From a bacterium (GTDB lineage Bacteria; Zhuqueibacterota; Zhuqueibacteria; Zhuqueibacterales; Zhuqueibacteraceae), in contig JBIOXB010000166.1 of the NCBI GenBank assembly GCA_044869275.1, positions 1-14,160 of the forward strand: DNA of 14,160 bases. Reading direction: 5' to 3'. Under the pieces are notes generated by a model. It saw nothing but the letters and a program-made list of their open reading frames with translations, did not search any database and was not told the origin of the DNA. Below, one piece after another: positions 1 to 6,955 of the stretch. How positions within the stretch are numbered: position 1 is the stretch's first letter; every line of letters begins with the position of its first letter. The position numbers and the translations under genes were made by a program.

Positions 1-69
1 GTGCTAAGTTCAAAAATCCGGCTTCGACAAGCTCAGCCGGCGTTGAAACCAAGCCTTTTCACACAATCT
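1..69 (+). mobile_element. Right part of a MITE-like element (second copy of 7030-7146), truncated by the window edge
   Basis: 1-73 aligns to 7077-7150 with 7 mismatches and 1 gap by manual alignment. It contains GGCTTCGACAAGCTCAGCC and ends TTTTCACACAATCT followed by GAATC. Confidence 0.8.
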
Positions 70-173
70 GAATCCTGTGACGCAATTGCACAGTGCCCGG
101 TCTTTCGGAAATCCCATCATAGATGACGCGCAATTACTTTTCAAACGAACTTTTAGCCGAGGCCAGCACTCAA
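70..173 (-). repeat. Degenerate inverted copy of the host repeat at 6952-7203
   Basis: GAATCCTGTGACGCAATTGCACAGTGC (70-96) resembles the reverse complement of 7164-7190 (GAATCTTGTGACGCATCAGCACAGCGC). ATGAC-GCGCAATTACT-TTCAAACG...GCACTCAA (123-173) resembles the reverse complement of 6952-7017. Confidence 0.65.
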
Positions 174-192
174 AAACAAGCGGAGAATACTC

Positions 193-471
193 TCATGCCT
201 CCGCTGCTTTGCGCAATTTACTTAAAATGGTGTGAAGCTTTCGATCATTGCCCAGGTGTTTTCTAAGCAGGTTTTCCGTTTCGTTCATCAAGGAACGCGC
301 CTTCATCGCAGAAAGATCTTCGCGTAGTCCTTCGCCGATGTACAGTTTGAGCAGTGATTGATAGCCCAGGTCTTTTGCTTCGGCCACTGCTTTCAATTGT
401 GCCAAGGTATCCAAGGGAATTCTGAGTGACACCATTTTGCTTGGCCGCTTTCTGATTTCAAGCTTCTTCAT
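193..471 (-). CDS. CopG/ribbon-helix-helix antitoxin (BrnA-like), 92 aa
   Basis: MKKLEIRKRPSKMVSLRIPLDTLAQLKAVAEAKDLGYQSLLKLYIGEGL has the RHH pattern (VSLRIP...LK..A...GYQSLLK). The ATG at 471 overlaps the stop of the upstream BrnT remnant (ATGAAGAAGCTTGA). Confidence 0.8.
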   Translation of the reverse strand: MKKLEIRKRPSKMVSLRIPLDTLAQLKAVAEAKDLGYQSLLKLYIGEGLREDLSAMKARSLMNETENLLRKHLGNDRKLHTILSKLRKAAEA

Positions 472-576
472 ATATTTTCCCTTCTTCATTTGTTGCTTTG
501 CGGGCGGAGATAATGCGAATCCGATCTTCTCGTTCCAAACAAATTCTTCGTCCTCGAATTTGTATAGAATATCCAT
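458..576 (-). pseudogene. brnT: BrnT-family toxin, internally deleted and frameshifted
   Basis: The N-terminus MDILYKFEDEEFVWNEK (ATG 576) is joined at ~526-530 to a BrnT-type C-terminus in another frame, DRIRIISARKATNEEGKIYEEA* (TGA 458-460). The central part of a typical ~90-aa BrnT is missing. Confidence 0.85.
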
Positions 577-582
577 ACTGCA

Positions 583-627
583 AACATAAGATGGTGTATT
601 GACAAAGTCAATACCAAGTTTTATAGT
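583..627. promoter_or_regulatory. Back-to-back sigma70-like promoters around the palindrome GTATTGAC-AAA-GTCAATAC (596-614)
   Basis: + strand: TTGACA (599-604)-N17-TATAGT (622-627). - strand: TTGACT (611-606)-N17-TATGTT (588-583), ending 6 nt before the brnT ATG. Confidence 0.65.
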
Positions 628-864
628 CGAATACGACAAGAGAGAGAAGGGTGCGGAAGGCGATACATCGTCAGTACAGGCTTGGTTGAGAATTTGAAGA
701 CAGACACTAGCGCCGGACCATGGCGGCGGTAGCATTTGAGCGATTCGAAGTAAAGCCTTCCAGAAAGAAGGGCCTGATGAATAGCTTGTATGTCTTTGAT
801 CTTTGTTTTATCTTCAAAAAAGCATGTCCGAGCGATCTTTGATGAAGTGATGCAGGCGAACAAA

Positions 865-1089
865 ATGATGAATTATTCAAGCCGAATCACAGCCAATCCA
901 GAGCAATGTGGAGGCCGGCCCTGTGTGCGAGGCATGCGCATACGTGTTTCAGATGTATTGGACCTTTATGCTGCCGGCCTAAGTTCCGAGCAAATTTTGG
1001 ATGAACTTCCAGATCTTGAAAAAGAAGACCTACAGGCGTGTTTCCAATATGTCAGTCGAAAAATTAGCCATCCTGTGCCCGTGGCATGA
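865..1089 (+). CDS. DUF433 family putative antitoxin (VapB45-like)
   Basis: RITANPEQCGGRPCVRGMRIRVSDVLDLYAAGLSSEQILDELPDLEKEDLQAC is the DUF433 pattern. Start is ATG 865 or 868; ATGA overlap with the next gene. Confidence 0.9.
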   Translation: MMNYSSRITANPEQCGGRPCVRGMRIRVSDVLDLYAAGLSSEQILDELPDLEKEDLQACFQYVSRKISHPVPVA

Positions 1090-1268
1090 TGATTTGGATT
1101 GATGCGCAATTATCGCCGGCCATTACAAAATGGGTTCGCGAAGAATTTCAAGCGGAATGTGGCGAACGATATTTTCATGCTCGCACACTCGATGAAATCG
1201 ACCGCCTTTTAGGCGCGGAACATGAGGTGAAAGATCGCATCGAGGTGGAAGTCGTGAGTCTGGAATAG
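1086..1268 (+). pseudogene. Chimeric remnant: DUF5615/PIN-like toxin N-terminus fused to a YgiT-type zinc-finger C-terminus
   Basis: MMIWIDAQLSPAITKWVREEF is a DUF5615-like start coupled to DUF433. From ~1155, ECGERYFHARTLDEIDRLL...VEVVSL resembles the end of YgiT-type zinc-finger proteins, with only one Cys retained. Confidence 0.7.
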
Positions 1269-1272
1269 TTTT

Positions 1273-1488
1273 ATGGCAAAAGAAGTGATAATCTGGTACG
1301 ATGAAGAGGGAGATTATTTAGAAGTACTTTTCGAACGCACGAAGGGATGCTTCAAGGAAACCTTCAACGATGCGATTATGGAAAAGGTGGATGAGGCCGG
1401 CAACATTATTGGGTTTTCCATACTAAAAGTAAGCGCGCTGCGGGGACAAAAACCTTTTGCCTTTACTTTGGTTAACAAAGCAGTGTAG
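1273..1488 (+). CDS. DUF2283 domain protein (TA-associated), 71 aa
   Basis: IWYDEEGDYLEVLF...NDAIMEKVDEAGNIIGFSILKVS matches the DUF2283 pattern (YD.E.D.L....D..G.IIG..I). Confidence 0.85.
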   Translation: MAKEVIIWYDEEGDYLEVLFERTKGCFKETFNDAIMEKVDEAGNIIGFSILKVSALRGQKPFAFTLVNKAV

Positions 1489-1534
1489 CAAAGCCTCTGG
1501 CACATGCGCTGGTAGAACGATCAATCAACCGCAC

Positions 1535-1705
1535 TCACTGTTTTGATTTCCAGACGGCTTGGACCGCGTCTCGCATGATGATGAGCAGTCCCTTCCATTC
1601 CTCGTCGCTAAAACGGTTAAAGGCCTGCATCACTCTTTCGTGAAGCTTGACTCCATTTGGCTTTTAAAAGACCTACAATTATCATTCCACTATCAAAACC
1701 TTCAC
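1535..1705 (-). pseudogene. DUF5615/PIN-like toxin remnant (internal deletion plus frameshift)
   Basis: GTG start 1 nt after the DUF433 stop gives VKVLI. A shifted frame then gives GMIIVGL, and a further shift at TTTTAAAA gives KPNGVKLHERVMQAFNRFSDEEWKGLLIIMRDAVQAVWKSKQ* (TGA 1535-1537). This resembles the C-terminal half of DUF5615 proteins. Confidence 0.7.
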
Positions 1706-1706
1706 A

Positions 1707-1937
1707 CTAACTTGGCAATACTTCGAGAGGCGTAATTTGTTCTTCTGCTAATGATCCGGCATACTCAAGACACGCAAGTATATCCTCTCGTTTTATTGTT
1801 GGATAAGCCTCGAGCAGGCTGTCAATCGTATCGCCATTGGCAAGCATAAGAACGATTTGATGTACGGGAATGCGGGTGCCTTTAATACAAGCCTGACCAT
1901 GACAAACGTTGGGATTAATGGAAATGCGCTCAAACAT
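1707..1937 (-). CDS. DUF433 family putative antitoxin, 76 aa
   Basis: ERISINPNVCHGQACIKGTRIPVHQIVLMLANGDTIDSLLEAYPTIKREDILACLEYA is canonical DUF433; purine-rich sequence upstream of the ATG. Confidence 0.92.
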   Translation of the reverse strand: MFERISINPNVCHGQACIKGTRIPVHQIVLMLANGDTIDSLLEAYPTIKREDILACLEYAGSLAEEQITPLEVLPS

Positions 1938-2235
1938 GGCTTTCTCTCTTCCGTAGTTTTTTTAAAACACTATTTGAAACGACAGCTTCGTAGTTCGAGA
2001 AGCTCATTCATTCAAAAACATACCAAAACTAATGCTTGTTGCAACAGTTGAATCTCCTCGAGCAACTGGCACGTTATGCCTTGCATACAGACTATCAATT
2101 TGAATTCGCGCAACGTACCAACACGTGAGCGGCCATATCTCGAAAGCGAACTGGAGCTCAAACACAATTTTGTTCTATTGATGAGTATTTCATCAACAAA
2201 CGGGTTTGCTTTGTTCGCATCCTGGGGTCTTATCA

Positions 2236-3123
2236 TTAGACACCCCTGTAAGGAGATACAGACATTTTTACCTCCTTCCTGCCTACGATTGATCGTGATT
2301 TAAGAAACGCCTCGACAGATAATCTCGCCAAATCAGGATTCAAATTGGGCCCTACAATCACCTCGTCCAGCTCAAGGGGCACTGGCTCTTCCGCAAGAGC
2401 AAACTCAAAATATGGAACAAGCATAGAATTGTTGGGACGATATTTTATGTTTGGCCTTATATCAGATAGCGGGAGTGATACAAGTCGCCATTCCTCTTCT
2501 TCCGAAAATGATGAATGCTTTATCAAAGATGCAACGGGCAGCATGTACAACAGAAAGGCTATCTCAATTGTTTGTAGATCAGTTTCCTGGTTCGGATGAT
2601 ACAAGCCACCAAGGTGAGACAAAACAATGTCGATAACCTCTTGAACCATCCGCTCTTGTTGAGAAGAATTGTAAACACATTGACATAGTGCAAATCCAAT
2701 ATTTTTTGCACGAGCCTGAAGCAGATTGCAAGAGAAACCAAGACTATATCCACCTTGAGTTGGACAGTATGCTCGCCACTGGCTTAAAAGGTCCCCTCTC
2801 TCAGAAAAAGATACGATGAATGCACTGTATTGTCTATTTCTACCCATACTTTTCAGCATTTTTTCTAGAACATCATTATTGCTGTTCGGTTTGCTTTTTC
2901 TCACTTCGAGAAGCTTGTTGGCAATTTCAATACCTAGCGTAAACTCCCGCGAATCATTCAAGTAATGCAAATTTGAAGCCCAGATTGATTTGGTAGAGAC
3001 AATCTGGTGCAGTGCCTTGATAGACGAATAGTGATACAGAACCTTGGGCGGTTGCGGGTTTAACCCTCTCAGATACTCTGAAACACTGCTGTTAAGGCTA
3101 TTAATCGCCTCTTTATCCGGCAT
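2236..3123 (-). CDS. DUF2971 domain protein, 295 aa
   Basis: Motifs LYHYSS, IWASNLHYLNDSRE, SFSERGDLLSQWRAY, GYSLGF, KHSSFSEEEEWRLV and EVIVGP are characteristic of DUF2971 proteins. Confidence 0.85.
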   Translation of the reverse strand: MPDKEAINSLNSSVSEYLRGLNPQPPKVLYHYSSIKALHQIVSTKSIWASNLHYLNDSREFTLGIEIANKLLEVRKSKPNSNNDVLEKMLKSMGRNRQYSAFIVSFSERGDLLSQWRAYCPTQGGYSLGFSCNLLQARAKNIGFALCQCVYNSSQQERMVQEVIDIVLSHLGGLYHPNQETDLQTIEIAFLLYMLPVASLIKHSSFSEEEEWRLVSLPLSDIRPNIKYRPNNSMLVPYFEFALAEEPVPLELDEVIVGPNLNPDLARLSVEAFLKSRSIVGRKEVKMSVSPYRGV

Positions 3124-3328
3124 TTTTTGTCTTCTTTCATCATTTCAAATTTTAAAGAATTGAATGCTCCAATCCGATCAACTTGTTTTTCTGTGGAAGA
3201 TTTGAGAGCTCTCTATGAGACTTGGGGAAAGACGATCTTCGATGGCAGGATCAAAACGAAGTTTATCTGTAAAGAGTGGTTTGCCTTTATTTGCAAAAAG
3301 AAATGCTGCTAACCTTGAAACCGCAAAA

Positions 3329-3398
3329 GCGCCGATCAAGCACTTCAGTCGGCCGCGAGCGTCAGCGAAACGAGTCGGTTGCATCCTTTGACAAACGG
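3329..3398 (-). repeat. Decayed integron attC-like site
   Basis: The - strand reads CCGTTTGTC AAAGGATGCAACCGACTCGTTTCGCTGACGCTCGCGGCCGACTGAAGTGCTT GATCGGCGC. This resembles attC sites of the type RYYYAAC..GATGCAGCCGAC..CGCGGCTGA..GTTRRRY, but both core boxes are mutated. It lies ~40 bp after the HNH stop. Confidence 0.45.
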
Positions 3399-3439
3399 TT
3401 TCAAAATTGCACAATCTCGATTCCCGGCTCTCCGTAGAG

Positions 3440-4228
3440 TTATACGTTATGACATGCCCGATGGTGCTTGCTGCAGAGCAAGGTCAAGTCAGCAAATCGT
3501 TCATTTCCCTTGTTAGAGTAGTCCAGGTGATGGACATGCAAATCGGTTTCCCAATTTTCTCCATACCATGATTCATCCATCATATGACATTCTTCGGCTT
3601 GACAAACTGCCCTGTTTATTAAGAGCATTGCAGCCCGAACTCGTTTCCAGTGAGTACTAAAGAGATACTTCTCTTCGTAAGGCATTTCTCGCAGTTCTTG
3701 AGCCTCGAGAGGGGAATTGTCGATGGTGCTATCAAACCAAAGCCCATCTATCTCCCGGTGAGATTTCGCTCCCGCCGGGTAGTTAGAGAAGTTTTGATAT
3801 AACGCATTTGATTCGCGCAAGCCTTGCTCAGTCTGGCGGCTTCTTACCAAGTTTTGTAAATCCCTTTCGGCCCGGGAAGTACACTCGATAAGATACTCAG
3901 ACGCTTCTCGATGTGCATTTAGGCCAGATCTAACTTGCCATGTAGCCCATTCACCCTCTCGCCCATAACCACCAGGATTATCGCCCTCGGCAATCCGGTA
4001 TTTCCTTCGGAACTGCGTATATACAACATGTTCATGTCGATTGTATTGCGACTGATAGAACAGTAGCGCTTTGCGATGAAAGCTCAATAACCAGTTTTCG
4101 AATGCCTCTTTGGCCTCTGCTGAGGGCGCGCTGGATCTGCTCTGGTGAAGATAGTCCGCGAATTGTTCAAACCTCAATGGCTCAAAAGTGAATCTTTCAA
4201 AGGGCTCTAATAAGAAGTCGTGGTCCAT
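3440..4228 (-). CDS. HNH endonuclease domain protein with an uncharacterised N-terminal region, 262 aa
   Basis: The C-terminus YLFSTHWKRVR...CQAEEC...LHVHHLDY...GNERFADLTLLCSKHHRACH is an HNH-type motif with zinc ligands. The first ~175 aa are not recognised. Confidence 0.75.
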   Translation of the reverse strand: MDHDFLLEPFERFTFEPLRFEQFADYLHQSRSSAPSAEAKEAFENWLLSFHRKALLFYQSQYNRHEHVVYTQFRRKYRIAEGDNPGGYGREGEWATWQVRSGLNAHREASEYLIECTSRAERDLQNLVRSRQTEQGLRESNALYQNFSNYPAGAKSHREIDGLWFDSTIDNSPLEAQELREMPYEEKYLFSTHWKRVRAAMLLINRAVCQAEECHMMDESWYGENWETDLHVHHLDYSNKGNERFADLTLLCSKHHRACHNV

Positions 4229-4465
4229 GGCTAGAGAGGCACAAGGTGTTTATCTGACCGCCCAAACGTTTTCGACAACAGTTGCTGCATATTATTGTTA
4301 AAAATACCCACACTACTGCAAGACTGCAAAAATAAGACGCCAATATGTGTTTTCAGCTCACGATACCAACCCATTTTCATGAGATGGGACTCAATCGCAA
4401 GAACACTTCACCTAAAACCGGCTTCTCGCCGTCAGAATTGTACGTCCCACCGATCAAAATCCCGC

Positions 4466-4494
4466 TTGCCTATCTCCGCGCGCCTCGTTATAAT
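4466..4494 (+). promoter_or_regulatory. Putative sigma70 promoter for the DPP IV gene
   Basis: TTGCCT (4466-4471)-N17-TATAAT (4489-4494). Confidence 0.6.
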
Positions 4495-4523
4495 ACTTGC
4501 AACAGAATTCAAAGTAAAAGCAT

Positions 4524-4634
4524 AACACGAAGGCAAAAAGGGCACAACATTTCACAAAGCCGGCAGCGAAAATGCCTATCGAGCCCACCCGGCTTTTCCT
4601 CGTGCAACTCTGTGTACCAAGTTGGCTGTGTGTT
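4524..4634 (+). repeat. Palindromic dispersed repeat with CACRAAG-type units; inverted homologue at 13773-13896
   Basis: Shares AACAC.AAG, AGCGAAA(A)TGC..AT.GAGCC and CCGGCTTTTC.TCGTG.A.CTC.GTG with the reverse complement of 13773-13896. Internal inverted repeat AAAGCCGG (4556-4563)/CCGGCTTT (4589-4596). Confidence 0.7.
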
Positions 4635-4660
4635 TTTCTTTTATCTGGAAGGAGCCAAAA

Positions 4661-6955
4661 TTGAAACCCCACCGCTTGCTCGCCGTAGCGCTGTTACTCG
4701 CTTTGACCCGCCTCTCTGCACCGGCACAAACTGCAGATTCCACTCTACTCACGCTGGAAAGAATTTTCAGCTCGCGCGAGTTCACCGGCGAAATTTTTGG
4801 TCCGGCGCATTGGCTCGCAGATGGATCCGGCTACACGACTTTGGAAAGATCTCCAGAGGTCCGGCGCGCGCGCGATATTGTGCGTTATGATCTGCAATCC
4901 GGCCGGCGCGAGGTTCTGATGTCCGCGCAAAAACTGATGCCGGCTAACAATGATTCCGCCGCGGGCATTCTCGATTATCAATGGTCCACCGACGGCCAGC
5001 AGCTTTTGATCTTCGCCAACACCAAAAGAGTCTGGCGGCAAAACACGCGCGGCGATTATTGGGTGTTGCATCTGGCAACCGGCAAACTGCAAAAACTCGG
5101 CGGCGAGGCGAAACCGTCAACTTTGATGTTCGCAAAATTCTCGCCAAATGGCAGCAGGGTTGCTTACGTGCGCGAGCACAACATTTACGTCGAAAATCTT
5201 GCCGATCACGAAATCTTGCAGCTCACGCAAGATGGCTCGCGCACGATCATCAACGGCACGTTCGATTGGGTATATGAAGAGGAATTCGGCCTGCGCGACG
5301 GATTTCGCTGGAGCCCGGACGGGAATCGCATTGCCTATTGGCAGCTCGACGCCGCCGGCGTGCGCGATTTTTTGATGATCAACAATACCGACTCGCTATA
5401 CTCCTTCACGGTTCCGGTGCAATATCCCAAAGCCGGAACCACGAATTCGGCGTGCCGCGTGGGCGTGGTGAGCGCGAGCGGCGGTGCGACGCGGTGGATG
5501 GAAATTGCCGGCGATTCGCGCAACAATTATATCGCACGCATGGAGTGGGCGGCAAATTCCGATGAAATCATTATTCAACATCTCAATCGCTTGCAAAACA
5601 CGCTGCAAATTATGCTGGGCGAGGCGGCCACCGGCCGCGTGCGCACGATTTTTACCGATCGCGACAGCGCGTGGGTCGAGGTCGTCGATGATTTGCAATG
5701 GCTCGACCACGGCAAGCATTTCACCTGGGTAAGCGAGCGCGACGGCTGGCGGCATGTGTATTTGATTTCCCGCGACGGCAAAAGCGTGCGTCTGATCACG
5801 CCCGGTGCGTTTGATGTGGAGAACATCGTGTGTATCGATGAAAAAGGCGGCTGGCTTTATTACACGGCCTCGCCGGAGAATCCCACACAGCGCTATCTTT
5901 ATCGCATGCGCCTGGAGGGTAAAGGCAAAGCCGAACGCTTGACGCCGGCTGCGCTCAGCGGCACAAACGCTTACGACGTTTCAGCCGATGCCCAATGGGC
6001 GTTGCATACGCATTCCACCATCAATGCACCGCCCGTCACCAAACTGGTGCGGCTGCCCCAGCATGAGGCCGTGCGCGAATTGATGAGCAACAAGAATTTG
6101 CGCGCGCACACCAGCGCACTTAAACAACAGCCCGCAGAATTCTTTCGCGTAAATATTGGCAACGGCATCGAGCTCGACGGCTGGATGATCAAGCCTCCGG
6201 ATTTTGAGCCAAGTCAGCGCTATCCGGTGTTGTTTCATGTTTATGGCGAGCCGGCGGGACAAACTGTGCTCGATCGCTGGGGCGGACGCAACCGGCTGTG
6301 GCATTTGATGCTGGCCCAACAAGGCTATATCGTCATGAGCGTGGACAATCGCGGCACGCCCGCGCCGCGCGGCCGCGAATGGCGCAAGTGCATTTATGGC
6401 CAGATCGGGATTCTGGCCTCGCAGGATCAAGCCGCGGCCTGCCGTGTGATTCGGCAATGGGCGTTCGTCGATTCCACGCGCATTGCGATTTGGGGCTGGA
6501 GCGGCGGCGGCTCGATGACACTGAATATGCTCTTTCGCCATCCGGAATTGTATGACACCGGCATGAGCGTCGCGCCGGTGGCGGATCAGCGTTATTACGA
6601 TACCATCTATCAAGAACGCTACATGGGTTTGCCCCAAGACAATCAGCTCGGCTATAAAAACGGCTCGCCCCTCACTTTCGCGGGAAATTTAAAAGGCAAC
6701 TTGCTGCTGGTGCACGGCACCGGCGATGACAACGTGCATTATCAAAATGCCGAGGCGCTGGTCAATGCCTTGATCAGCGCGAATAAGCCGTTCACTATGA
6801 TGTCGTACCCCAATCGCTCGCACGGCATTTTCGAAGGCCGCAATACCAGTTTGCATTTGTATGAATTGCTCACACGCTATTTGCGCGAAAAAACGCCGCC
6901 GGGAACGGCAGGCGGGCGGGCCGATACTTCGGCCAAGAAAGCACCGTCGTCTTGA
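4661..6955 (+). CDS. Dipeptidyl peptidase IV-like serine peptidase (S9B), secreted
   Basis: DPP IV propeller motifs (FSPNG..VAYVR, NGTFDWVYEEEF, YPKAG) and catalytic motifs GWSGGG, HGTGDDNVH, YPNRSHG. TTG start at 4661 after AGGAG; signal peptide MKPHRLLAVALLLALTRLSAPA-Q. Confidence 0.93.
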   Translation: MKPHRLLAVALLLALTRLSAPAQTADSTLLTLERIFSSREFTGEIFGPAHWLADGSGYTTLERSPEVRRARDIVRYDLQSGRREVLMSAQKLMPANNDSAAGILDYQWSTDGQQLLIFANTKRVWRQNTRGDYWVLHLATGKLQKLGGEAKPSTLMFAKFSPNGSRVAYVREHNIYVENLADHEILQLTQDGSRTIINGTFDWVYEEEFGLRDGFRWSPDGNRIAYWQLDAAGVRDFLMINNTDSLYSFTVPVQYPKAGTTNSACRVGVVSASGGATRWMEIAGDSRNNYIARMEWAANSDEIIIQHLNRLQNTLQIMLGEAATGRVRTIFTDRDSAWVEVVDDLQWLDHGKHFTWVSERDGWRHVYLISRDGKSVRLITPGAFDVENIVCIDEKGGWLYYTASPENPTQRYLYRMRLEGKGKAERLTPAALSGTNAYDVSADAQWALHTHSTINAPPVTKLVRLPQHEAVRELMSNKNLRAHTSALKQQPAEFFRVNIGNGIELDGWMIKPPDFEPSQRYPVLFHVYGEPAGQTVLDRWGGRNRLWHLMLAQQGYIVMSVDNRGTPAPRGREWRKCIYGQIGILASQDQAAACRVIRQWAFVDSTRIAIWGWSGGGSMTLNMLFRHPELYDTGMSVAPVADQRYYDTIYQERYMGLPQDNQLGYKNGSPLTFAGNLKGNLLLVHGTGDDNVHYQNAEALVNALISANKPFTMMSYPNRSHGIFEGRNTSLHLYELLTRYLREKTPPGTAGGRADTSAKKAPSS

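Noticed and set aside
577..735. N-terminal extension of the 180-aa ORF 193-735
   Set aside because: It runs through the promoter palindrome; family similarity starts only at ATG 576.
621..864. ORF 621-863 (-), the upstream extension of DUF433 from 790, and a 40-codon + strand ORF from 720
   Set aside because: No recognisable family or convincing RBS. They may be gene debris but cannot be assigned.
846..1634. 12-bp inverted match AGTGATGCAGGC (846-857) / GCCTGCATCACT (1623-1634) as possible element ends
   Set aside because: The second copy lies within the DUF5615 remnant coding sequence and no target duplication is visible; probably chance.
2036..2080. CAGTTG...CAACTG hairpin followed by GTTATGC as a possible attC
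   Set aside because: No matching RYYYAAC box, a short stem, and opposite orientation to the neighbouring genes.
2012..2303. Small ORFs 2012-2236 (-) and 2076-2303 (+)
   Set aside because: No motifs, mutually overlapping, and no evidence of coding.
3178..3414. 78-aa ORF between the HNH and DUF2971 genes
   Set aside because: Its first half is a translation of the attC-like repeat (MQPTRFADARG); the rest is unrecognised.
4622..4660. ORF-track starts at 4622 (S9B) and 10947 (DLH)
   Set aside because: Downstream TTG 4661 and GTG 10986 have Shine-Dalgarno sequences and give clean signal peptides.
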